Below the pieces are notes generated by a model, which worked only from the letters and a program-made list of their open reading frames with translations, did no database searches and had not been told where the DNA came from. Of a stretch of DNA of 64,000 bases, positions 51,045 through 62,769 are shown piece by piece. Where the stretch lies: NCBI GenBank assembly GCA_045837725.1, contig JBEWZL010000179.1, forward strand, positions 310,001 to 374,000. The letters are read 5' to 3'. Each line of letters starts with the position of its first letter. Position 1 is the stretch's first letter. The translations under genes and the position numbers were made by a program. Source of the stretch: Vermamoeba vermiformis. Its lineage: Eukaryota.

Positions 51045-51257
51045 TTGATTCTCGTGTTTGCAACTCAAACTCAGAGCTAACAAATCATGCCAATAATTTT
51101 GCAAATATTTTAATAATATTTGCGCAATATGTTGATATTTCGAAGCTAAACAGTTTATTAGTTGAGAAGGACACGAATTAAAAATATTGGCTTGGATCGT
51201 GTCGTCCGTGAACTTACGTTGCCATCGTAGTGGAAGGTAAGTGATATTGCCTCCATC
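51045..51257 (-). pseudogene. Truncated, frameshifted copy of the F-box exon of the gene at 53549-55402
   Basis: 51050-51150 is nearly identical to 55190-55303 but has 4-nt and 8-nt deletions and an early TAA in the expected frame. Confidence 0.8.
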
Positions 51258-51384
51258 TAGATTATTGCAATATTTTTGTCGCCTTGCAGGTGTTGTTGCA
51301 CAACCAGAAAAAATAAACGAATGTCAAAATAATTGTGGCTTAATCTTTTTATTAGATAAATTACGCACTCCTAGCAATACTTTA

Positions 51385-53404
51385 CTAAAGGGTGATTTTG
51401 CAAATGTACAACTCGTCGTTGTCCGAATAGGCGCTAATCATGAACGTCTTTTCGTTCACGAATGACACCGAAGCACCATAGAGCACCCATTGCGCTTTCA
51501 CGGGCAGTTCAAAGCTATCAAATTTGGTCTTGCCCGTGCTCAGATCCATCACCTGCAAAATAATTGTCCGATTAAACTCCGAGGCTAGAATGTTAAGTAC
51601 TGAGTATTTATGACTTACGGCCAACGAATCAACAGACAAGCCAACGACGACATCTTTCGAGGCCCATTTGTACACCCATATTTCTCCTATAGTGGATCAT
51701 ATGTTAATATTGGCAAAGCCTTAATCTAAAGGTTGACCTCAACTAAAGTTACTTACTCGTTTCGTTTTCAGATTTCTCAGCACTGTTCGTTGTGGTACTA
51801 ATGTTCTTTGTAACGGTAATCGTGCTCAGTTCTTGGCTGAATTTGTTATCGTCAATGTTAGAGCCCTCTAACAACCGCTCATTTTCATTCAGTTCCTCGT
51901 CCTCGTTATCTTCGTCCTCATTGTCCTCATTGTCCTCGTTCTCCTCATCATCGCCATTGCCGCCGCCGCGTTCTCTAAAGCCAGTGATTTCGAACAATCT
52001 GAATGAGCTGTCATCATTGTCAAATGTAAATTTCGTGCCATCAGGCGACACTTCAATATTGGAGCCATTGTATTCGCTGACGTAGAGTCTCAGCTTAGGC
52101 GTCGCTTCTTGTGAATACACGTAAAAATGTGAGCAATTTGAGCCTGCAAATGAAAGGTCTTAGAGCCAGATCTAACCGAAAAAAAATAAAGTCTTTCGTA
52201 CCAGTAGATTCGATAGCAATATGATTCTTTTGCCAATCGATCGAGGGAGGATAATCGTAATTAGGCAGTCTCAATAACTGTCTGCGGCGCTTCGTAACGG
52301 AGTTGATGACGTAAATGGGCACATCTTCGTACTCCTCACTGCCAGTTCCTAGTAAAGAAATCTCGTATTAATATCTACATAGTAGTGTACTTATTATCAA
52401 ACGTACGATAATAAAAGTCAACTCCTTTTGGTGCCTGTCTGGCCGAGAGAAAAGTGACCTCGTCTTCTTCGTTCTCTGTTATCTGAAGAAAATCTTGTTC
52501 CAGGAATTTGTTCTGATCAATGGAATAGCGATTGAATGTCAAACAGCCCATAATCCAGACTATTCTATCGTCTAAAAGGAAATCATACATTAGCTACCAT
52601 TCTTTTTTTACGTAAAATAGTCTCAGCTTTAACTGACCGTCAATGAATATCGAGGCATCAATTAAATCTCCTTCACGCACAACAGTATTGCATTTCAGTG
52701 AAAGCTGTCCGTTGTTCACTGAATACACGTGCAGCGACTCTTTTTGTTCTTCGTGCACGTACAGGCCCAACAATTTGTCTGTTGAATATGAGTTTATACC
52801 GTTATAATCGTTACGTACGCTTTTCGTTGAATACTACGGTTTTTTGGATCTTATCGTGCCAGTCCACAGTTTTGATTGCTAGAAGCTCGACGTCTTTGGT
52901 CAGATCGAGTATTCTGGTCCGCTTTTGACCTTGATGTACGACTATATTGGAATCCCAAGGTACTACATATAGATTGTTTTCGTATCCTTCGCTGTCCTCT
53001 GATTCTATTTTGTAAGCGAAGATCTGTACATCACTAACATTGTGCAACGTTTTGAAAAATCCTGCGCATGTGTTGTTTCGTTGAGGAATCGAAAGAGTCT
53101 TATACGATACTGGCATATATTTTTTGATGCATTTGTTGAGGAAGTTGTTGATTTTGTTGTGCCAAGAAGAGGAGGTTAAACTCAAAGCGACCAAGTCACG
53201 TATGGAATGGGTCAGAAAATCTATAATAATCCTAGAAGTATCCTCGTTCAAGTATTGAAACTATTGGAATACAAAGAAAAATATTAGCTTAAAGTTTAGC
53301 CTAATTGTGAGACGTACCTCCGCATCCACGAATTCGTTGCTCATTTTTGAGCGCTTATCCGAGCTTGGCTCCTCGTTAGATACTCTCTTTCTTTTTGGAG
53401 GCAT
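51385..53404 (-). CDS. Divergent F-box-like protein with probable beta-propeller C-terminus (paralog A)
   Basis: MPPKRKR (NLS-like), then LNEDTSRIIIDFL..SIRDLVALSLTSSSWH (F-box-like), YVVPWDSNIV and VSPDGTKF. Multi-exon. Confidence 0.7.
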
Positions 53405-53548
53405 GGTGGCCTTTAGATTTGGACCGAAAAATATCTGCTAACGGACCACGACTTTTCTTTCTTAGCAAGAGACCGCACGTGATCCTAAAAAAACCGGAAC
53501 AAGGTTGTGAACTTTCCATTATTTGTACCACAAGGACGCCGTTATTAT

Positions 53549-55402
53549 TTACTTCCTCACAACTTTGAATATTACTGACGAGTTGCTGGGTTTATTCTCG
53601 GCAAAGAGAACCGCACTCCGTTCATCCACAACTCTGTGCTTGCGGAGCCCTAGCTTCAGCGGCAATCCTATACCACGCAAATCACCTTCTGGCTTATTGA
53701 TATCGACCGTCTAAAGGTAATAATTGTTATTCGAAAGGTATTGCGAATCCGATCTGGATCCGTACCACAAATGAATCGTCACCTATTGCAAAGATTTCAT
53801 TGTCGTCGAGCCAACCAAAGTGATGAAATGCACCTTTTGATCAAAGAACAGGTTAGGCGGTACTACTATGTAAAGTCAGAAGCTTTAGCTTGTAGTTGCT
53901 TTAACTTACTTCTAAGTTTCTTCCCAGTATTATTACCATGCTTGTCTAATAGGCTTATCACTGCTTCTTCGCGGCATAACTGTTCATTTTTCCGCGAATT
54001 AGCGAAATCGCAGAACTGCTCCTCGGACATGGTTTGGATGTACTCCTCGGCGTTGGTATTAATCGAGTAAATCGTCAATAGATCCTGCCTCAAAGCAACG
54101 TAAAAGAACTTTTTTCGGTCAGGTGACAGCTCCGTGTAGTCCAATCCTTTAGCGGCCATGAAGAATTTGATTTTGCCGTCAACGACCAAAAACAACGCGT
54201 TTTCATGGTCTATGAATGATATATTAGTGCGATATAATATAACAATATGGCATCGTAGCAGATGTACCTCCTATTCTAATAATCTCGTAGCCCGGGTAAA
54301 ATGTGATCAGCGGATATTCTCCGAGGTCACCCGGGATCAAGCGCGGATGAGTGAGATAAGTCCGTGACTGGCGTGTAGCAGTGTCGTAGCACTTGATCGT
54401 TGGTTGATCGTCAAGACCTGGGCCAAGTTAGTTCTACCGGCATTGTGAAATATCTAGGTGTCACGATTACGTACAGTAATAAATGAGGGTGCCGTCCTTC
54501 GTCTCGTTCGATCGAATAGCGCATATGTGCTTGAAGCTGGGTGCATTGACGTCTGTGGTGAACCTTACTGTGTGGAACAGGACACTCCACACAGATCCGT
54601 CGTCTAAAGCCCGTGTTAGTCTGCGTGCTCTTGAGTTGAAACTATGACTTACCATTTAAGAACAATGTATATGCTCGATCACTAGTCAAACTAGTCGTTA
54701 GTGTGTCAATACATTGTATTTGCTTCTCGTTCACTGAATAAAGCCGAATAATGATTCGATCGTCTGCGTTAAACATTTGAACGGCCATGGTACGTCCTAG
54801 AAGAATATTATTTATTAACGGTGGTATATGTATGATGTATCTTACTATGTTCATTGAAGGCGATTGGTTGTCCGACTCTCAAAGCAAAAGCGCCCTCTCG
54901 TCCGTAACGACATCCATGCTCGCAGTAAATGATGGATCCGTCGCGAGTATTTAGGACCATGAATAGGCCCTCGTATAATACCAAGATCAAATTACTGTCC
55001 CAAGGCACCGAATACAGGCCAACAGGGGTGTACTGGCCTGGCGGTGCCTCGTTTAGGTCGAACATCCGGATCTCGCAGACGTTTTGCATTATCGATGATA
55101 ACTCTTCATACACCTTGTTGCGATGAGCTATTGAGTGCACTTGAGTGTTTGGAGCAAGATATCCAAGCCGTTTATCCACAAATAAGTTGATTCTCGTGTG
55201 CCATTGTTTGCAACTCAAACTCAGAGCCAACAAATCATGCCAATAATTTTGCAAATATTTTAATATTATTTGTGCAATGTCGTTGTTGATATTTTGAAGC
55301 TAAATCGTTCATTAAAGATTAGGGTGTCAAATTTACCATCAATATTTAAATTTGGCTTACCTCTTGGTAGGTGGAGCCATCATTAGATGCTACCGACGCC
55401 AT
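53549..55402 (-). CDS. Divergent F-box-like protein with probable beta-propeller C-terminus (paralog B)
   Basis: INNDIAQIILKYLQNYWHDLLALSLSCKQWH (F-box-like), YSVPWDSNLI and LSPDRKKF. It shares these motifs and the first-intron position with paralog A. Confidence 0.7.
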
Positions 55403-55526
55403 GCTTCGAGTGGAACAGAAACTGAGAAAGGGGTAACTTTTGAGACCTGTAGGAGACACAACCAAAAAAAATAAAAGAACGCCACAAGGAGATTTCGTGA
55501 GTTGCTGTACATTTTATATTATTATA

Positions 55527-55970
55527 TTACTTAGTGCCTGGAGCAGGCTTGTTAATAAATGCATTCATAGCATTGGCTTTGTCTTGTGCTGCTTGCTTCA
55601 ATTTTTTGAGTTGTTGTTTTTGTTCGTCATTCAACATATCCTTTTGATAATTGGATAATTGTCTGCCGACCGTTCGCTGCTTTTTTAACGTTTCTAAATA
55701 TTCTTGCCACCCTTTAATGAAACTAAAAATAATGAAGGTAAATAAAAGAATCGAGATCGGCAATTTTTTTCTATTATTCACTCAAATAAATATTAAATTA
55801 AATAATAATACGTACTTTGTAACGTGTTCTTCTTTTTTCGCTTTTTTCATTGACCTGAACTCAGATCTGACATATTCGTCACCCAAATTTCGCATGTCGA
55901 AGGGCAATTTCTTCTTATGCATGCGCAAAATACTTCTATATAAATTTAATATAGGTTCACGGTAGCTCAT
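55527..55970 (-). CDS. SDHAF3: Succinate dehydrogenase assembly factor 3 (ACN9/Sdh7, LYR family)
   Basis: LYRSILRMHKKKLPFDMRNLGDEYVRSEFR...FIKGWQEYL...GRQLS...LNDEQKQQL. Two exons. Confidence 0.92.
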
Positions 55971-56094
55971 GTTGTTTTCTGTTGCAAAGAGCGGAGAGTT
56001 TGTCTTTCTTGATCGCGTGACAACTTTTTCTGTTTGTGCTTGATTGGCGAAGTCAACGCCACAAATGCGATTGTAATATATTTGTATAGTAATA

Positions 56095-57357
56095 ATGTCA
56101 ATACGAGAAGAACTGGGAGGGCTCCTTCAGGAGTTCGTGAGCACCTCGTCAAATCTTATAGATTCGTTGATTGGTGTTGCCGACGGCAAAAAATCTAGAA
56201 ACCCTGAAGAAATAATGGCAGAGGCGATAGAGATTGATAAGAAGATCAAAGTAGCCATTACTAAACGTAAGCACTCGAAACAAAATTGATCTCTTCATTA
56301 AATTGCGCAATTAGCTTAAAATAATTTTAAAAAATACCACTGATCGCTATATTAACTTTCTATATGATTTTTTCAGTGGCAGAGCAGCAAGAATTTTATA
56401 AAAAAATTATTCACGTGCAGTCATTGATTGCTGAAAAAGACCGCGAAGTCAATCAACTCGCAGGACAACTAAAAGATGTAGAATTAACATTACAGTCCGT
56501 GCTCGACGAATCTAAAGCGGAATTAGAATCATTAGAAAAATCTGAAAAAAGTAAGTGTCACGAGTACTTTTTTTGAACTAGATCAAACTTACTTATGCTT
56601 ATCTATTTAAATACAGATCTTGTATCGGTCGAAGATCTCGTTGAGTATGCGCACAGAGTTAGTGGAACCACTTCAGCCCCACCACAAGACATGGATCTTG
56701 TCGACGCACCACGTGTCTTCAAGCACCCTTTCCCAACTGCCACACAAATACAACAATCACTGCTGCACTTAGGTATGAGTTTACTTGTTATAGATGTCGA
56801 GCAATATACTAATCTAAGTGGTGGTTTAATGATGTTAATTCCTATGCTATACATCGAACACTCGAGTCGCGACACTTGGGTGTTGTGATAAAAATGTACC
56901 AAACTGAAATACAACCACTAATTCATTCCAATTACTCTACAATAGCCTTTTACGACATTAATTAACGATTTGTATTATCATAGAGACGAATCCAGCAGCC
57001 GTGTCATCGGCACCGAGTGCACCACTAGACCAGGAATACAGCGCAAATATGAATGCACCACGTACGGCACAAAGCGCTGATATGCAAAAAGACGACATGG
57101 GCGGCGAGGCCATGGATACGGAGATGAATAACGAAGAAGAAAATCATTACGGTAAGTACCACAGAACGCGTAAGATGTGGATCCACTTCTAATTTACTCT
57201 ATGCAGGCATGGACACAGATCACCAAGAAGAGGATCAGTAAGTTATATTACTATTACTCGTTAACATTTGTGTGCTTAAATTAACACTATTTTTAGACAA
57301 AGAGAAGCAGCAAACATTACCGACATTTTTGCCGACTTGAATCCGGATCTGCAGTAA
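56095..57357 (+). CDS. MED4: Mediator subunit MED4
   Basis: Coiled coil (KDREVNQLAGQLKDVELTL), VSVEDLVEYAHRVSGTTSAPP and HPFPT..QIQQSLL, with a C-terminal DLNPDL. Multi-exon. Confidence 0.85.
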
Positions 57358-57540
57358 CAAGTAATGTAGTTCGAATATTATGTGGCATTAGTACTTCAGT
57401 ACATGTAAATATTAATTTGGTCGATTTTCTTTGACGATTTCTTTATTTTAAGCCACGTGCTCCAAGATCCTTTACCTACGTATCGCCCCTGACAATTTTT
57501 CGAATTTTTGTTGTTTTATTGTATCATATTAAGTTACAAC

Positions 57541-57784
57541 ATGAACCACAAAGCTATTTTTGTCGTTTGCTTCATTTTCTCTTTGGCCGCATCTGGCCTC
57601 GCAGACAATCAACATCTTACCCTTCAAACTCAGTGGATCGAGGACATGTGCGAGGCTGGCGTTGACTGCTTCGCTAAAGAGTAATATATATATATATTAA
57701 GTTTATCGTCCAGTATTTAGCATAAGTTCACTTTACAGCAAAAGTGTACCGATCGAGATCTGTGCAAGCAGGTTTTTAAAATAA
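57541..57784 (+). CDS. Small putative secreted Cys-containing peptide (about 61 aa, 2 exons)
   Basis: MNHKAIFVVCFIFSLAASGLA looks like a signal peptide, followed by DNQHLTLQTQWIEDMCEAGVDCFAKD and, after a GT-AG intron at 57681-57738, KSVPIEICASRFLK*. Confidence 0.55.
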
Positions 57785-57812
57785 ATACTATTTACATTAG
57801 CGCTACAACGTA

Positions 57813-59507
57813 TTAATTAGCAAAATCAGGATGATGTTTGAGCTTCTTTTGTAACGCTTTCAATCGCCAATCAATCTCAGAAGTGATCAGCCTAAATTCC
57901 TCTTCTTTCAACGCTGCGAAAATGCACTCGCTCTTGGAATTGCTTTCTTCTAATTTAATGCTAAATGGATGGCCCATTCCTGGCAATTCTTCTTCGTTTG
58001 ATTCAAAGGTGACTACCTTCGTAAGATCGATTTCTTCGATAGGCTTTTCTTGGGCACTCTGGAGTAAATATTCCTCGTGCGTTAGATACAAATTCATATC
58101 ATTGATGCAAAGAATACAAACCTTGTCAGATTTGACGACCCGATAAAAGGAGATCTTGCCGCTTTGAAGCACAAAGATTCGCTTCTTCCAATTCTTGCCA
58201 CCTATTATGTAAATAACACGTAAATAACTTGATTTCTTACTTTAATTAAAGTATAAGATTGCCGTTTCATCCTTAATTTGGACATACTTCGGTGAAGCAC
58301 TTGACACTTGATCCCGCGCTTGGCTTCTTCTACTCCTTGCACCATTATCGACGCTACTTTACCGAACAATGCGTACCATGCCTCTTGTAAAGGTATAGTG
58401 ATCTATCACAATTTAAGCAATTAATAAAATCAGCAAGGGATAAGATTTTCGGCATTTTGTGCGACAGTTTAAAATATACCTCGTTGGATCCCAACACTTT
58501 CTTCAATGTTTCTACTAAGACGACACCGAAAGCTTGATAATCCTTCACTTCAACGCCATAGAACATATGATGAGCGCCTAGTATTTTAACATTAAATAAA
58601 GGTATAAATTTTAATCGCTTCATTGAATATTTGACAGCTTTGGCCGAAACAAGGCAGTTTCAGCGTATTCGATTAATTAAATAAAGTTTCGAGTGATTTA
58701 TCCGAATTTTAGTGCTATTGCTAAGATATTACGCACGTACCAAGCTTTTTGAACATTGCGGTTAGTCGATCCAAATTATCCAAGCCCTTAATCAATGAGT
58801 TCATCATCGTAATTAGTGCCCTAACTTGAGTAGGCATGCCTTTGTCTTCAAATAATGTTTTGGCGCTCGGGCTGATTGTGAACAACGTTGCATAAAACTC
58901 GCTGTGATTTAGTTAGTAACCGAATCAATTATATCGGCTGATATTCATATGATTAGTATATTAATACGCACTCGAAAAATTGAACAGTCTTCTCATTGCC
59001 GCCGTCCGTAATCTTTTTCCAAGACTCTTTGATCGCTGATTTTTGTTCATCTGGTACTGTCCATAATTCCTCTCGTTCTCGTGGCGTTATTGTATTATTT
59101 CGGGACCGACCATACTCTTCTGAATTTTGGGACTGAGATTCTGACAGAGAGCTAGACTCGAACGATGGATCGGGGCTCTACGTAGTTATAAATAAATTAA
59201 TTAATTATTGCTGCACAATATTATAGACTATACGTACGGAGACTGGTGAGTATTTAATTAGTGCATCGTTCTCGTGAGTTAAAACGCGGTGCAACTCTGC
59301 TTCGATCAGCAATGGAAGATTGAGCCTTTGAAGCTGCTGAGGCTGTAGTCGCATCAAATGGCACATTTTAACAACCATGTTTTGATTAAACTTCTCGACA
59401 AGGTCTGGAAGGGCGGCTCGATCCAATCCGTGCGCTCGGGTGATTCCATCGAGCACATCGGAGATGGACGAGTTTGGTCCTAATACATATGGAGTGCTGG
59501 TCGACAT
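57813..59507 (-). CDS. SAM-like + globin + PH domain fusion protein, multi-exon
   Basis: Globin: AIKESWKKI, EFYATLFTISPSAKTLF, TQVRALITMM, KLGAHHMFYGV..KDYQAFGVVLVETLKKVLG, LQEAWYALF. PH: KNWKKRIFVLQSGKISFY, PIEEIDL, HPFSIKL, IFAA. The N-terminal helical segment resembles SAM. Confidence 0.8.
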
Positions 59508-59637
59508 GTGCTAGTGATTACACAAAATGAATATTTAAAAACGGCCATGTCCATAAATGGAAACAATTTTCGTTGAAATTTTTACCTACGAGAAAACAAA
59601 AAAGAAAAAATTCAGTCCAGCGCTACTTCACAGCACC

Positions 59638-61298
59638 ATGACCACAGTAGCCACGCATATCCCGCCTGTTATAGGGTTCAGGCAACAATTTGATGCGTAT
59701 TATCGGGGTGAAGTCGAGAAGCTTAAGACTAGGCTAAAGGCAACTATCAACAACGTGCAACAGAATAGAGAAGATCTCGAAAACCCTATTTATCTCGCAT
59801 TAAAAGAACGAGCCAAATATCAATTTTTCAAACGAGTCGATCCGACACGCACAGAGTTGGATGTAATCAAAGATCTACGACCGTTTGCGGAGACAATGCT
59901 GGATTTGCTCGCCCAGCTCCTGCGATTCCAATTCGATGGAAACTTATTTAAAGAGAAGAAGATAGCATTAGAGAAGCACATTGATAAAGAACGCGGTGCA
60001 AACAAGCTGAAGGACGACCCACACCTGTTAAATCTGACATCAGCTTTCTTTTCACACTTGGACCATATAAGAATCTTAGGCAATATTAATACCCACGAAA
60101 ATAGAATGAAAGAAGAAACATTTGTAGAATATATGATGGCCACCCTCGGAGCCTTGCGGATGGTGACGATTTTCTTAGACTTATTAGAAAGCACTGGCTT
60201 CAAATTATTAGCTCAAGCTAGCAGAGAAAAAAATCTACCAAAGGTAAATAATCATAAATATTAGAAGCGCGTTATTTAATTCAAATTCAACTTTTCGAAG
60301 CTTACCTACGTAAATTTTGACATGGCCAGAATTAAATCAGATATTTTTTTTCTCACTTAAATGGTATTATTTACCACACTGCTGATACATTTCGGCTACG
60401 AAATCATTACTTACTTTTTTGGTGACAGATCCAGATGGCCGCCGTGCAAACCAAATTACCCTATCAAACCCAACGCCCAAATTTATATGACCAATATGCA
60501 ACCCCTACGCCCCAGACGACGCCCCAACCCATGTACAGAGATTCACTACCGACATCAAAGACCACTTTAGAGCAGCAGATGGAGGTTCAACAACTTCTTG
60601 CCACCATGTTCCCCGCCAACCAAAAGATGACAAATACCGCTACATTGCCCAATATTCGACAATCTACCAACGCATATGCCTCTACCAACCCTACCAAGAT
60701 AACATCACCTCAACCAAATTACGTGCAAACCGTGCCCCGCAGTTCTTCGCCTCGTTACGAGGCAGCACTGCAAACCCAGCCCGACCAGATAGAAGATTAC
60801 GACCAAGCATATTATAACGAACAGATGTATAATGCCCACTACACCCAACCTACCTACACCACTCCAATACTGCCGACCCCAACTACGCCTGTGACACCTA
60901 CAATCACCCAACAATCTTCCCAGTACACTCAACCCGCCTATACGACCCACAATGTATTTCCTACCCGAAATACCCAATTTATCAACTCCCAGTACCTCAC
61001 TTCCAACGTTGCCGCCGATCCAGTCGGATTTCAAGCCCTCTCGAGCACGATCCGGATTAAGCCCTCCTTGACACTTGACCAAGCCGAATTTTTGAAGACT
61101 GAAGAAGACTTTGAATGGACAAGCATCGATTTCAAGCGCGAGTTTTGTTTCCTTCACTTCGCGAGTGGCGAGGCAGCTAGTCGCGCGCTACATTACTTCG
61201 ACTCTATCAAAAAGATCCCCGAGTACTCGTTCCTGAGGCACTACGACGCGAGCATGTACTTGAAGCCACAAGGAAAGGATGAAAAGCGAAAGTACTGA
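59638..61298 (+). CDS. DUF4145/HEPN-like domain + Q/T/P/Y-rich linker + C-terminal RRM-like domain
   Basis: Exon 1 ends in phase 0 at 60243 (gtaaat donor) and splices in frame to the 60435 ORF. It contains LRPFAE and LDHIRILGNINTHE. The C-terminal IRIKP...IDFKREFCFLHFASGEAASRAL is RNP1-like. Confidence 0.65.
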
Positions 61299-61513
61299 CT
61301 TAAACCCATGTACAGTAATCGGTTTGATCCGTACAAAAGAGGCCGGATCAAGCTTAACTTGTAAATTATCTGAATTAAACCTGCGGATTCTACATAAAAG
61401 CTAGTATATGATGTTATTTTAATCGTTGCAAGTCGCTTCCTTGAATGCTGAGGAAAAATTTCTTTTCTGTTCAGTAACTTACCTACGAAACAACTCGGGT
61501 CAAATATCATACC

Positions 61514-62699
61514 ATGGATTTAAGATTAAAAGATTTGCACGTCTTCATTACAGGAAGCGCTGGGGATATTGGCAAGTCGTAGGGCTACATCCGCAACAAC
61601 GAATATTTTTCTCTTATCCAAATATAGATATAATTAATTTCACCTTCGCTATTACAGGCCGAGCTTGCGCAACAAAATATCTTGAGCACGGAGCAAAAGT
61701 CACATTGCATTATAATTCTCAAGCCAATACATTAGCTTCATTGACTGAAACGTAGGTATCTAAACGAAGGATTAATTTTATTTAATTGCTACGTGCTCTC
61801 AAATCTCAATACCTATGACATTCGATCTGCTCGTGCGACTTTTCACCCAACTTTGCTAGGTACCCCACGCGCACAACACTGGTGCAAGCTGACTTATCCA
61901 ATGAAGAACAAACTATTCAAGCTATGAAGACGGCCGTAGAAAAGTTTGGCCCGTGTCACATTCTTGTGGCTAATCACGCCATTTACGAAACAAAGGAAGT
62001 GCCTATTCAAGACATGAGCCTCGAGCAGTTCAAACACACTATTGATGTGAACTTAGTAGGAGTATTTTTAATCACGCGAGAGGTAAGCATAAGCGGCACG
62101 TGTCAAACTCAACAACACCCTACAATCATCGTTTAATTGACAGTTCATGAAACAACTCAAAGCACATGCTGATACATTGACACCCGAGCAAAAGTTGACC
62201 ACGCACGCTAGTATTGGTACGAGAATATGTTAACAACTTAAATTGAGGTCAACGTGTTAATGCTCTTTGTAGCTATCATTGGCAGCACAGCGGGCAAGTT
62301 TGGCGAGGCCAATCACATTGACTACAGTGCTAGCAAATCAGCACTCATGTACGGCTTCAATTATTCGCTGAAGAACGAGATCATCAGAATATTACCTCGT
62401 GCGACTGTCAATGTTGTAGCACCTGGGTACGTCTACAAAGTAATTGTTTAGTATGAACAGCACTCATATCATACTGCAGTTGGGTCCGTACATCGATGGC
62501 CGAAGAAGCTATTGCCCAAGGACTGCACTACAAAGCACTGCGTACCATGCCATTAGCTAAGGTCGCAACAGTTGAAGACTGTTCGAATGCAGTGTTGATG
62601 GTCACTTCACCTGTGACTGGCGGTCATATGAGTGGCGTAGTACTATCAATTGATGGTGGTATGGAAGGTCGTGTGTTGCACGACTTCAGCCAGCAATAA
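61514..62699 (+). CDS. Classical short-chain dehydrogenase/reductase
   Basis: VFITGSAGDIGRACA, ILVANHA, IIGSTAGKFGEA, DYSASK, VNVVAPGWV and SGVVLSIDGGME. Confidence 0.9.
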
Positions 62700-62769
62700 A
62701 AGCACGTGACATCCAAAAAATTAAGACCCGTTGTCATTTTGTTTGGTATTATTTATTAAGTTAAACACC

